The notes below the pieces were generated by a model. That model had not been told where the DNA came from and did not search any database. It saw nothing but the letters and a program-made list of their open reading frames with translations. This document shows positions 23,679 to 35,391 of a stretch of DNA of 64,000 nucleotides, piece by piece. Position 1 is the stretch's first letter. Each line of letters begins with the position of its first letter. This stretch comes from an uncultured Rivularia sp. (lineage in GTDB: Bacteria > Cyanobacteriota > Cyanobacteriia > Cyanobacteriales > Nostocaceae): contig OY762007.1 of NCBI GenBank assembly GCA_963665115.1, positions 5,856,001 to 5,920,000 of the forward strand. Reading direction: 5' to 3'. The translations under genes and the position numbers were made by a program.

Positions 23679-25334
23679 TTAAAAAGTAAAAGTAGTTCTA
23701 AGGGCACCAATTACAACATTGTCATTGTCGTCATTGTGGTCTGGTGCTGTTAACCAGATAACTCCAGGTGTGATAGAAATATTATCGTTTATTCGATATT
23801 GGTAAAATGCTTCGATATGATAGGAAGTATCTCTATCTTTATCTATCTCATCAATACTCGAATCCGTGACCTTCGGCTCCATACCTACAACAATACCTGC
23901 CAAGTTCCCTTTTTTACCCAAATTTGGAAAACCTAAAGTTACCGCCCAATTCCATATATCAAGGCTTCCACGGTCTATTATTCCTCCTTTCGTAGATAAG
24001 TTACTAGCATTTGTGTATCCAACCCAACCTCCCAAAACTATATTCTCGCTAATGCCCAAAGAAGCTTGTATACCATAGGAATTGCTAGAAAATGGCACTT
24101 CTACCTCTTCAGGTTCGGGTTCTCCAGGTTCGGCAGGAGGAGGTGCAATGTCACCTCGAAGGAAGGATATGGGATTAGCACGTTGGCTGCCAGTACCTAA
24201 TTCCTGATTGTAGGCATTTATATAGGTCAAACCAATTTTGAAGCGTTTGCTTGGTTCAAAGGTTAACTGTGCAAGCGCACCATAGGGACCATTAAATATT
24301 CCGCTATCCGAGGAAGGATCGTTAGGGGAACTTCCTAAATAAGCTAAACTCAATGATAAACTACTGCCAAATTCTTGGGTGATTCCCAATCCCGAACCAT
24401 CCATATTATAGTAAATCGGGTTGCGAGTACCGAAAGCAGATATCGCACCTTCAGTACCGTCACCATCAAACTGGTTAACAGTATCTACAACGTCATCGGC
24501 TGCACCTGCATTCGCGATCGCAATAACGTTGGTTTTTTCAGTCAAAGGAAAGCTATACCATAATGCATCAAGTGCAGCATCAGTACTAGCATCATCACTA
24601 CTTTCACCGAAAGCAAGATTACCTTCAGGTGTCCCAATATCGGGACTGACAATATTATTAGTCTGAATACGAGTATATAGAGTGTCTTTTCCTGTAAAAC
24701 TAGTAACAAAATTTATCCGCGCTCTAGCTCCAAAAGTCGTATTGTCTTCGTTCGTCTCCCCTTCCAAAGCATCAACTACTGCTGTTACAATTTCACCTTC
24801 AAATTTAGAAGTCGTAGAAAACTGATTCGCTTCTAATTGAGCAGTTCGTGCTTCTAGTGCATCTACTCTTCCGCGCAGTGTTGCAAGTTCGGCTGAAAAT
24901 TCTTCTTGCAGCTTTTGCAGTGTAGCTAAATCTTCCCTTGTAACAATATCAGCAGTAGCTGTAGCAATTAACTCGTTGACTCTATCCAAACAAGCATTCA
25001 AACCAGCAGCGAATTCATATCGAGTTAATGCTCGATTACCGCGATAGGTTTGATTCGGATATCCAGCAATACATCCATAACGTTCTACCAAAGATTGCAG
25101 GGCTTGGAATGCCCAATCAGTAGGCTGCACATCTGATAGCTGAGACACTGAAGTAACCTGTGCTATCAGCTTCTCTTGAGTGAAATTTTCATCTTGAAGA
25201 TTTGGTATTGCAACTGCTTCTTCTTCTTTGCTTTCTAAATCAACAACGGGCTGTGCTGCGATAGCATCGCTACTGAAACCTATCGTTGCAGCCAAGATTG
25301 GGCTTGTCAGCAGAGCCTGCAATACTTTGTTCAT
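23679..25334 (-). CDS. SLH-domain outer-membrane porin (OprB/iron-uptake porin class)
   Basis: QVTSVSQLSDVQPTDWAFQAL SLH motif, TRYEFAAGL and C-terminal LRTTFTF. Confidence 0.92.
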   Translation of the reverse strand: MNKVLQALLTSPILAATIGFSSDAIAAQPVVDLESKEEEAVAIPNLQDENFTQEKLIAQVTSVSQLSDVQPTDWAFQALQSLVERYGCIAGYPNQTYRGNRALTRYEFAAGLNACLDRVNELIATATADIVTREDLATLQKLQEEFSAELATLRGRVDALEARTAQLEANQFSTTSKFEGEIVTAVVDALEGETNEDNTTFGARARINFVTSFTGKDTLYTRIQTNNIVSPDIGTPEGNLAFGESSDDASTDAALDALWYSFPLTEKTNVIAIANAGAADDVVDTVNQFDGDGTEGAISAFGTRNPIYYNMDGSGLGITQEFGSSLSLSLAYLGSSPNDPSSDSGIFNGPYGALAQLTFEPSKRFKIGLTYINAYNQELGTGSQRANPISFLRGDIAPPPAEPGEPEPEEVEVPFSSNSYGIQASLGISENIVLGGWVGYTNASNLSTKGGIIDRGSLDIWNWAVTLGFPNLGKKGNLAGIVVGMEPKVTDSSIDEIDKDRDTSYHIEAFYQYRINDNISITPGVIWLTAPDHNDDNDNVVIGALRTTFTF

Positions 25335-25396
25335 TCTCTTTCCTCACACTATACAGTAATTATTCGGTAGCCAAACTCTAGTTATAGAGTAATAAT

Positions 25397-25419
25397 TTAT
25401 TACAAATAATTTTCAATAA
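25397..25419. promoter_or_regulatory. Possible Fur box upstream of the porin
   Basis: Imperfect palindrome TTATTACAAATAATTTTCAATAA about 65 bp upstream of the porin start; resembles cyanobacterial FurA sites. Confidence 0.45.
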
Positions 25420-26103
25420 TATATCAGCATTCAGTGGTTGTTTTCACTAAAATCTAGAAATCTTGACTATTTATACTTACTTCACTTTCCTCGGAAAGCA
25501 AGTCATATATACTTTGAATAGAAAAATATATGAGCCGCATTCTTGCGAGTGAACAAGGAACGGGTGAATACGTCGCTACTGCTCGTAATTACATAATTAC
25601 GTTACTTTTGCGTAAGTCCTAATACAGAAAAGGGATTAAGTCTAAACAGTGAAACAAAATACACTCTATACAATTTTATTACTTGTGCAGCATTTTTTTG
25701 ATTCTTCAGTCGCACTATATTATTTATTATGAATCTTACGGCAACAAATTTTGTGAGCTTTGAACTCAATACGAAACATAGGTGCTATGCATTTGCACTC
25801 CAAGAGTATCGTTTTGGGGAAAGTTATTTTATTTTCATTTGCCTTTGCCGTAGCTTATGAATTGTCCACCATTAAACCTTTAGGATGATGTTTTGCTAGA
25901 CAAGACTGCTACTGTTTATCGTAGATAGACCATTTAAGCGAAATTTTCCTTCCAATGATAGTTCTTGCCAAATTGATAGTTTTTTATTGCTGTACATTTG
26001 GCAAAATTGCCAATTAACTCTACATAAATAGTTTTTTTTGACGAAACTATTGCAAAAGTAATATAAGTTTGCTATATTCTTTAATCGTAGGTCAAATAAC
26101 CCT

Positions 26104-26176
<73 letters not shown>

Positions 26177-26185
26177 TACAAAATG

Positions 26186-26220
26186 AAACCCCCACCAGCT
26201 AACGCTTCTGGGGGTTTTTT
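26186..26220 (+). terminator. Intrinsic terminator after tRNA-Phe
   Basis: AAACCCCCACCAG ... CTGGGGGTTT hairpin followed by a T run. Confidence 0.65.
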
Positions 26221-26376
26221 AATTCCACAAAAACCCCGTTTCAGCGATTTACGGAGGTGTAACTGTGGTGTAAAAAATAGCCACGTTGGACATATTTGGA
26301 TATGTTTAGCTAAATTTTGGGGGTAAATTGGGGGTAAATTTAAGCGCGTTCTGTGACGCGGTTTCAGGAGTTCCCT

Positions 26377-27546
26377 ATGACTAGCCAACCCCCCAAACGT
26401 AAATCATCTAAAGGTACTGTCCAAATAAAAATTTCCAACGAGCGTTTACAGCTTGTTTTCCGTTTCGCTGGAAAACGTTATTACCTTTCAACTGGGTTTT
26501 CAGATACGGTAGCTAACCGTAAGTTAGCAGAAATGAAAGCCAAGCAGATTGAGCTTGATATGTTATCGGGAAATTTCGACCCAACTTTAGCTAAGTATAA
26601 GCCGGAATCTTTAATCGCTAAAGTTAAAGCATCTACACCACCTCCACAGCCGACACAAGTAGCTGTATCCCTGGCTGATTTGTGGGAAAGCTATATTGAT
26701 TTCAAACGTAGTAGTTTGTCTCCTAGTACCTTAGCTAAGGACGTTCAAAGAGTTCGGAACTGCATTAACGTACATCTACCTTTCACAACTCTTGATAAAG
26801 CAGTAGCCATTCGAGATTGGTTGGTTGCTAATAAAACTCCAAATTCTTGCAAACGGATGTTAACCCAAATTTCAGCTTGCTGCGATTGGGCACTTAAGTC
26901 TGGGCTGATTAAAGAAAACCCCTTCGAGGATATGTCAAGCGATATTAAGATTCCCAAAGCTTCAAAGGAAGATGCCGACATTAATGCATTTACCCAAGAA
27001 GAACGCGACAGGATTATCCAAGCATTTAAAGATAGCCGCTATTACAGGCATTATGCGGCTTTGATTGAATTTTTGTTCCTCACAGGTTGCAGACCATCAG
27101 AAGCTGCTGGTTTAGAGTGGAAGCATGTTGCTAATGACTTTAGTTTTATCCGTTTTGAGCAAGCAGTAGTGGTTTCTGAGTCCGGATTAACCTGTAAAAA
27201 GGGTTTGAAAACTCAGAAGAAACGAGTCTTCCCTATCAACAATCGTCTAGCAACTTTGCTCAAATCAATTAAAGCTGCTTGTGATAACACAAAAGTGTTT
27301 CCCTCCAGAAAAGGAACGTGGATTGATGTTCATAACTTCACAAGGAGAGGTTGGAAAGAAACTTTATTAGCTTTGGATGGTATTGAATACCGAAAACTTT
27401 ACCAAACGCGACACACCTTTATCACTTTGGCTTTAAAGAATGGAATGGATGTAAAGGATGTAGCTACATTAGTTGGTAACTCTCCAGAAATAATTTACCG
27501 CCATTATGCGGGTCAAAGTCGAGAAATTGTTGTGCCAGATTTTTAA
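26377..27546 (+). CDS. Tyrosine integrase with an N-terminal arm-binding domain
   Basis: LQLVFRFAGKRYYLSTG N-domain; catalytic TGCRPSE, YQTRHTF, GNS and YRHY; AGGAG RBS at 26366. Confidence 0.93.
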   Translation: MTSQPPKRKSSKGTVQIKISNERLQLVFRFAGKRYYLSTGFSDTVANRKLAEMKAKQIELDMLSGNFDPTLAKYKPESLIAKVKASTPPPQPTQVAVSLADLWESYIDFKRSSLSPSTLAKDVQRVRNCINVHLPFTTLDKAVAIRDWLVANKTPNSCKRMLTQISACCDWALKSGLIKENPFEDMSSDIKIPKASKEDADINAFTQEERDRIIQAFKDSRYYRHYAALIEFLFLTGCRPSEAAGLEWKHVANDFSFIRFEQAVVVSESGLTCKKGLKTQKKRVFPINNRLATLLKSIKAACDNTKVFPSRKGTWIDVHNFTRRGWKETLLALDGIEYRKLYQTRHTFITLALKNGMDVKDVATLVGNSPEIIYRHYAGQSREIVVPDF

Positions 27547-27554
27547 ACAAAAAA

Positions 27555-27779
27555 GGCAGTAGGCAATCGGCAGTAGGCAGTAGTAAAACCAGTTTTAGAG
27601 GAAAAGTATAGGGGCTTAAAGACATCATTATTTATTTATGAATACAGGACAATATTTTTTATGTCCGTTCTGGACACGCTGCGCTAACACTCCGAGGTAG
27701 TACGAGAAAAAAGATATCCGAACTTATTAGCCCCACAAATAATGAGGTTACTACTGCCTACTGCCTACTTTCCACTGCC
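27555..27779. repeat. Inverted-repeat cassette built from GGCAGTA heptamers
   Basis: GGCAGTAGGCAGTAGTAA (27569-27586) pairs perfectly with 27748-27765. Confidence 0.7.
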
Positions 27780-27823
27780 CTAATTTGTATTCAGGGTGCT
27801 GACATAAATCTGTTGAAAAATTT

Positions 27824-28109
27824 TCAATTACGCTTCAAACTTTGTTTTTGGATTTTTTGGGAATTACGTTTTTTATTACTTGCTAAACTCGCATGATACA
27901 AATCAATTGCTCTGTGATGAGCTATTGGGGTCGTAACGATTGTGCAACCAATCTTGGATTAATTCAAGATTGTAAAGAACACAGCGACTATTAACTTTTA
28001 TCCAATGAGTTCCTTCAATCCACGTTCCATCTAATCGATATTTCTTGAGCGTAGCGCAACTTAAATTTAGCCTCGAAGAAGCTAAATGTTTATTAGCAAA
28101 CTGAAACAT
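27824..28109 (-). CDS. Excisionase-like small HTH protein; +1 frameshift at the G run 27927-27930
   Basis: ASSRLNLSCATLKKYR...WIEGTHW...LYNLELIQDW; removing one base extends it with IAHHRAIDLYHASLASN to a stop at 27824; convergent with the integrase. Confidence 0.7.
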
Positions 28110-29225
28110 CGTTTTTTCCCTAAATACAATGAATATGTAGGTAGCGCAGCCTGTTATTTTATTTATTTTTAGTTAATTTCTTAACTCAAAATTTATAGGT
28201 GAAACTCGAATTCACCTTTATCCAAAGCTAGACATTTCTTTGCTCAATACCACAAAAACAAAGAGGTACTAACTTCAAATAAAATCAATTCACTTAATTT
28301 ATCGGATAAAGCAAACAATCAAACAACACATCATCAATTCCTTCAACTATTAATACATTCGTTGGCTATATTTGGCAATTTTTCAGCGGTTAAAGAATTT
28401 CAAGCAAAAATCAAGCTGTAATATATTTTATATATAAATAACTGTTTACTACTTAGAACAAAAAATATCTATATTCTTCTATGCGCTATAAAATTAGGGA
28501 ATAAACGAATTTTTGATAAATTAATATCCTAAATCATCTGTATGTAAATGTATAGTTAATATCCGAACACTGAATTTTAAAGCTGTATTTTATTTTGAAC
28601 AATATGTAACCGACCAGATTATCAATATGACTACAAACATTGGAATTGATTGATTTTCTTCAATTAATATATCAAAAAAAATCAAATTATCTCATAATCA
28701 TACGAAGGTTAAAAATACTACAATGTCTTAATATAGGTTAGGCTATTTATGACCCAACGTTAAATTAATTTTCTAGCGTTTTTATGTACACATTAAAAGC
28801 TCAAACAAATATAGAATTTTCCTTGCTGTCCAAGTGTTAATGACATTAGAAGCTTTGAAACTTAAAGTAATAATATTCTGCTTATCAATGCCAGAATCTG
28901 CTATATAAACTTGTGTATAAATATTGAAGTTTTACTACTTGTTGGATGTATAAAATGTTTTTACTATGAAAAATAAATTTATTCATATACGTCTCTCTAA
29001 AGAGTTAAGAAAAATTTTTTTATTATTTACTCCTTTCGGATGATTTTTTTTCATCTTGAGAAAGTCAGTATTTTCTAATAGAGATTAAAAAACGAGAAAA
29101 TTATTTGTTTACTGCCATTTTCCGGTATTTATCAAGGGTGTACTAGCTACTCAAGCAATTTGGAAGGGCTATTTTTGAGAAAGACTCTATAGGCTTTAGA
29201 ACAAATAAATTCTTGGGGGCAAGCT

Positions 29226-29564
29226 TTATGCCGATTTACTTCTTTTCGCCAAGGTTTCTACTCCTACAGAAACGACTTTAACCACTGCTTCTGTTGGTAG
29301 CGATCGCAATTTATTCAAAATCTGTTGCAATGAGTCTTCAGTCGGTAACTCACCCTCAGTTAAATAGGTTTGGAGTTCAGCCAGAGTCCAACCTTTAAAA
29401 TTCGCTAACTTCTCCAGATTTTGTGTATCGGGGAAACATAAACCAGATTCCCAGAAGTTCACAGATGATTTACTCACACCCAACTGCTGAGAAAAGCGAC
29501 GTTGAGATGTAGCACCTCGTAATTCTTTAATAAGTTCGGCTAATCTTTCTGCCTTGGTTGCCAT
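29226..29564 (-). CDS. XRE/CI-like repressor
   Basis: LIKELRG..SQRRFSQQLGVSKSSVNFWESG..FP; divergent from the replication gene. Confidence 0.85.
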   Translation of the reverse strand: MATKAERLAELIKELRGATSQRRFSQQLGVSKSSVNFWESGLCFPDTQNLEKLANFKGWTLAELQTYLTEGELPTEDSLQQILNKLRSLPTEAVVKVVSVGVETLAKRSKSA

Positions 29565-29883
29565 ACTCAGTTTTATACTTGAATCGTGGAATTTTAGCGT
29601 CTGCAAATTTAATTATGTGCAAAATAGCGGTAAATTAGAAGTAGCGTCCAATATGTTGGACGTTTTTGACTAAGCAATCAGTTGTTTTAGCAATACTACT
29701 CCCGTCTAGGCGGTTAGATGGGTACTTGTTGTTATGCCTAAAGTTGCTACAAAAAGTTGACCATTTCAATTTTACTGCACTTAAACATGGATATTGACCT
29801 TGGGTTGAAAGAGCTAAGGGATAAGGGCAGTAGCAAGTAAGTAGTCGGTGACAAGAATTACCTTTTTATAATAGTTAAGCTTC

Positions 29884-32800
29884 ATGTCAACAAAATATAA
29901 GAAAGGAAGATACTCAAATAAACAACAGCCTTGCCCTGTTTGCGGTAACACGAAAGGTAGTTGTAAAATAAATGACGATGGTAGTATTTATTGCTTCCAC
30001 TCCACACCAAATTCCGTACCATCTGGTTACATTCATATTCGAGAACTATCGGATGGTATGGGACATTCTTTCATTGAATCCTATGTTGTTGATGAGTTAT
30101 TAACAGCAGTCAGAACCCTACAGAGTCAAGGGAAGAGAGCAAGCTGCAAAGAGATAAGTGATTTGACGGGGCGACCTTCTTCATGGGCTTACGCGGTTCA
30201 AAAATCTTACCCATCTTATTTTCCAGTTGGAAATAGATTGGACACTCACTCGAATGTTACGCTCCCTAAAACTTATAAGCAGAAAAATCAACCTCCTCCA
30301 AAAGATAAGAAAGATTTTCCATCACCATTAGTTTTGAGCGAGGAAGAAAGAGATAAGCAATATCGTTCAATCTTAAATCAACTTCCATTAAATGAAACTC
30401 ACCTCAATCATTTAACAGATATACGTGGATTGGGAGATTTTGTTGATTTAATTGGTTTTCGTTCGTGGAAAGAAAAACCAGTAGAAAATTTTAGTGCTTG
30501 TTTACCTGGTGTAGTTGAACATGACAACTCATTGTACTTGTACAAACCCGAAGGGATATTTTTACCAATTCACAATGAATTAGGACAAATCATTGCTTTT
30601 CAAATTCGTCCAGATGATACCAGTAATGGCAAATATAAATGGGGTTCATCTGCACCATCTGGTGGTAATGGTCCTCGCTTAGATAATGGAGAAATGCCGC
30701 TTGCATTCTGCCGTCCAGAATCGATTGAGTTACCATCAATTGGTTTAGCTGAAGGAGTGTTAAAAGCTTGGTCAGTAGCCTGTAACTTAAAACAAATAAT
30801 CATTGGAGCCTCTGGAGCAGCCTGGGATTGTAGCCCAAAATTATTCAAACGATATTTGGAAAATGCTGCTACCCAACAAAATACTTCTCTATCTAACTTA
30901 GTAATTGATTTGTACGTTGATGCGGGGATGCTTTCAAATCAACACATCATGCTTCGTTACCATGAAACAATCAAATTATTGCAGGAATGGGAATGTAAAA
31001 TACGCATTGCTTGGTGGGGACAATTTAACAAAGATGACCTAGATATTGACGACCTAATTCTTCAGGGGAAGCGCCATACTATTACTTATATTTCAATCGA
31101 TGAATGGATGAAACTATGGTCAGATGACATCCGTAACTATTTGCTATATAAATCAGTACAGTTCAACACGTCAGATTGGTCAGCTCCAGTGCAACATCCA
31201 TACAGGTCAGAATTAGGTTATTGGAAGAAAGTTAATACAGAGTGGAAATGGATTCCCAAAGCAGGATTTAGCTTTATCGTTGAGCGAGAATTAGTTGGAA
31301 CAAACGACAATTACGGGGGATTAGTTTTACAAGTTAAACGTACTTATGACCCACCACTAGAACAGCATAGAGTAGTAGTCCCTGCCGAAGCATTTAATAA
31401 GGTAACGGATTTCATTAACTGTTTATCTCGTGCAACGGGGAAAGTCTATTTTGTAAACAAACTGAAAGTAGATGAACTGCACAAGTATTTGCATAAAGAA
31501 TTAGCAGCATACCGAGAACGTGGAGGAAAACCCTATAAATTATCAGAACGTCTTGGTCGTCAATCAGATGGAAATTGGGTGTTCCACGACTGTCAAATTT
31601 CAAAAGATGGAGCAATTATTACAGAGGAAGAATCAGGCTGGGTTCTTAATGAAAGGTTAATAGCCGCAGAAAAAATTCCAGTTCCTAAAATTAATACTCA
31701 ACCAGAACCAAATGTCTTGCCACGTTTAGTAAATTCTATGCGTAATTTCTTCGGAGCAGAAGGTTTTATGCCAGCTTTATTTACAGCAGCATTTTCTGTT
31801 GCTGGTTTGTTTTACGATGAAATCCAACAAGAAGAAGGATTTTTTCCGGTTTTGGGACTTTACGGAGATGCAGGAACAGGAAAGACACTCGCCGCAGTTA
31901 CTGCACTTTCCCTGTTGGGCTTTGACCATAGAGCCAAGATTAATAAAGCATCTGAAAGCGCTTACCACGAGCGTTTTAAACTCATGGGTGGGTTAACTCA
32001 GTTTCTCGATGACCCTGATAAAGCTCAAATACAGTGGGTTTGTCAACAAATCAAATCTCAATTTGGTGGTGGCTCTCGTTCGGTACGAGAAAACAATCAA
32101 GACCCCCCACAGTCCTTTAATTGTCGCTTCTAATTACTCGATTGGTGATGATGACCCAATAATTCTGTCACGCTTGATTCGATTGGAGTTTGCAGGAACT
32201 CCGAACCCTGCGGCTTTTCCAGAACTACGAGCAATATCCCGTATCTGTTCGTCTGCTCTACCCGATTTAATTAAGATTGGTTATGACCAAAAAGGAATCA
32301 AAGACTTAGAATCGCAGCTAATCACCAAGTTACCAGCAGCTCATGCTAGGTTAGCATCCAGCTTGGCATTGATTGGTTACTACGCTTTTAAAGTAGCTGA
32401 ACTTTCTAGTGTTGTTTCAACAGAAGAAGTTTGGAATTATTTAAGCTTATTATGCGGTGAAGCTAATGAGGATGAATCGAAGAAGGCTTCATTGGATGAC
32501 TTTGTAGATAAACTTTTGATATTGCGATCGCAAACTGAAGTGGGTGAATGGAACTGTAGATTAATTACAGAAGATGGGAATCGAGAAAATGGAAATTATA
32601 AGTCTCTCGCTGTCTATCTACATGGTGTTTGGTCATTGATGTCCCGCTATTTCAAAAATAATCTGCCTTACAGCCAAAAAATGATTCGACAGCAGATAGA
32701 AAAAGTGGGAGGGAAGACTTATAGTAAGCAGAAGTTCCATTGTGACAGGGATTCTTCGATTACTTACCAACGGTTAAAAGTTAATGTTAGGGCTGATGTA

Positions 32801-32971
32801 GATGGGGAGATTTTACAGCCCTTGCCCCCAGAGATGGTGACTCGCAGTTGTGTCGAAATTCCAATCGAGTTATTAAAAGAGCGATTATCAAGTTTTGAAT
32901 CGGGCTTCGAGCAGTTCTATCAAGATAGCCAGACAATGGTTACTGCTTCGAGTGGAGTGAATAGTGGTTAA
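29884..32971 (+). CDS. Primase-helicase-like replication protein (Zn finger, TOPRIM, DUF927-like ATPase); +1 frameshift at 32103-32108
   Basis: CPVC..C..CFH, FQIRPD, LAEGVLKA, YVDAG, DIDD, Walker A GDAGTGKT, FLDD, then LIVASN and SRLI. Confidence 0.75.
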
Positions 32972-33192
32972 TAAAATTGATTAACGGTAACTGCTCCATC
33001 ATAGGTGGAATAAGTATTTGAGGGATTATGAGTTATCAGTTACTAGTAAACAATTGAAAAAACAACTTTTATCTCTTAACAAGTTGAAAAATTTATGTAT
33101 AGAGCTTCTTGAAGATATTTTTCATGCTAGTTTTGGGGATGTAAGGATTTCTTTACGTGTCTTCCTTAGTTTTTTTTGATTAGGAGAAAAAA

Positions 33193-33414
33193 ATGCTTCG
33201 CAGCTATGAGGCTATGATTGAAGACGGTAAAATTAAATGGTTAGGTTCGGAGCCTGAAATATTGAAGGCTCATGTAATTATAACGATTCTTTCAGATGAA
33301 CAACCACGAACATTACGTCGTGCTGCTTCTACTTCTATTGCTGGTAAAGGTAAAACTAATGGTAATATAGTTAGTTCCATTGTCTCAGAAGAAGATTGGG
33401 AATGTCTCAAGTAA
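33193..33414 (+). CDS. Small antitoxin-like protein
   Basis: SYEAMIEDGKIKWL N-terminus and acidic EEDW tail; overlaps an ATG reading MSQVIV. Confidence 0.5.
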   Translation: MLRSYEAMIEDGKIKWLGSEPEILKAHVIITILSDEQPRTLRRAASTSIAGKGKTNGNIVSSIVSEEDWECLK

Positions 33415-33595
33415 TTGTCTTTGAAAGTATTGCACTATTTAAAATTTGCAAAAAATAGTAACTTTCTAAAATCCCTATCTGGTAAGGATTTAAAACATAT
33501 TTTGAATAGCAGTTACTGTCTGGGTGTTGAAAGTCATGGTTAAGTTTAAAATATAAATAAATAGAGCCGTCTTCAGAGAAAGCTAATAATTAAAG

Positions 33596-34150
33596 ATGAC
33601 CGTCACCACTGCAAAATGGACGCTTGAAGACTATCACCGTGCGGGATTGAAGTCGGTCTACTTTATGGTCGTCAGGTTGAACTATTGAATGGAGAAGTTG
33701 TAGAAATGCCCCCAGAAGGACCACTACACGCGCAGTTAAGTACAGATGCTGGGGACTATTTACGTTCTTTAGTTGGGGAAAAAGCACTTGTTCGTGATGC
33801 AAAGCCAATAACAATACCGGAAACAAGTTCCGAACCAGAGCCAGATTTAGCAATAGTTCAACCACTAAGACAACTTTACCGGACTCGTCACCCATATCCA
33901 GAAAATGTTTTTTGGGTAATTGAATATGCGAATACTAGCTTAAGTAAAGATTTAGACACTAAAAGAAAAGCTTAAGAAAAATGCTGATATTAAAGAATAT
34001 TGGGTTGTGGATTTGAAAAATCGCCTCGTCAAAGTTTTTCGTAACCCAGTTGATGGAAATTATGTTGAAGAAATAACTCTTACCTCGGGTGAGATAAGTC
34101 CAATAGCTTTTGAGGGAATAAAGGTTTCGGTAAAGAAATTACTCAGTTAA
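33596..34150 (+). pseudogene. Uma2-family endonuclease pseudogene
   Basis: KWTLEDYHR, VELLNGEVVEMPP, SEPEPDLAIV, IEYANTSL and IKEYWVVDL; frameshift near 33641-33645, and a stop plus frameshift near 33973. Confidence 0.85.
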
Positions 34151-34809
34151 TATCTTTGAAAAGGGCGAAGGAAGGCAATCTTCACAGAACCATCTCTTGG
34201 TTCTGAAGCACTAGTAGGAAAAGAATATTACGACCCCACGGTTATTGATGGTAAGAAAATTGCAATACTGTTTTCTTTTCATAGAAGTAACCGTAGCTTT
34301 TGCATTGCAACTAATGGAAGTAATTCTTAGTTTATAAGTTTTAGAATTAATACTTTTTACAGATAAATATTTTGCCATCAGAGAATATTTTTTGCATTAA
34401 TTTACTAGTTTTAATAGTAATTATAGTAACTTACATAAAAAAATAGGCCTTCGTCTAGCAATCATCTATATTTTATTAGTTACTATTACTTATTTTAAAT
34501 AAATTAGAGTAACTGTAAACAGAATAAAGCAAACGTTTCTCTAGAATTATTTTCTAGGTGTACCACGGAAGTTGAATTGTAATTTATAATCTACAAATTA
34601 CACATTAATACGCTTCTCCAAGAAATAAAATATACATAATAATAAATTTTTAGTCATCTATACACAAAATAGAAGTTATTAATTTGACTAAAAAATATAT
34701 TATTTTCATAAATAAAAATACGAGTAACATCTCTAACAATCGGATGATGAAATTACGATACTCTTAGAGTTATCAAGTAAATAGAAAACAAAATGTTGCT
34801 CTATTTTTT

Positions 34810-35391
34810 ATGCTTTTTAAAGCGTCTAAATTTTCTGAATCACGCCAAGGAAACTATTGCAGAAAATATTTAATTAGTTCCCCTTTGATAGTACGAACTG
34901 GTTTATTTGTTTCATGTCTAGATTCAATTATTTGTCCGAGTTTGATTAGCTTTACTACGACAAGCTTTTTGGTATCTGGAGCAGTTGCAATTACTTGGCG
35001 ACAGTATTTAGATGCTTTATTTAATGTCATTACAAAGTTTTCTAAACGATATAAGGTAACTTCGTCTGCACTTACGGTTTTAGGCGCATTTCTACTGTTA
35101 GACGCTCTGTCAACTCCTGTGCAAGCACAGTTTTTTCAAAATGCAGAAACCTGGATGAGCGGACAGTTTGCAGGTGCGGATGAAGCTATTGTTTTATCAT
35201 TCAATGTACTCAGAGGCTTGTTCATCCTTTATCTAGGAATCTCTTTGGTAAAGGTGATTCAAGCCGCCCGCAATGATGAAGACTGGCAAAATTTAGCGAG
35301 AACACCAATGATTATTTTGATTGCAGTTACGGTAGGAGATATTCTTACAAATCTAATAATTGGAGGAGCAGGGGGAGGTGCTGGGGGGTAA
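34810..35391 (+). CDS. VirB2/pilin-like T4SS subunit (start uncertain)
   Basis: VQA-QFF processing-like site and two hydrophobic helices; first gene of the cluster before virB3/virB4. Confidence 0.55.
   Translation: MLFKASKFSESRQGNYCRKYLISSPLIVRTGLFVSCLDSIICPSLISFTTTSFLVSGAVAITWRQYLDALFNVITKFSKRYKVTSSALTVLGAFLLLDALSTPVQAQFFQNAETWMSGQFAGADEAIVLSFNVLRGLFILYLGISLVKVIQAARNDEDWQNLARTPMIILIAVTVGDILTNLIIGGAGGGAGG

Noticed and set aside
26353..33000. Prophage interpretation of the integrase-repressor-primase block
   Set aside because: No capsid, terminase, tail or lysis genes are visible; conjugation genes follow instead
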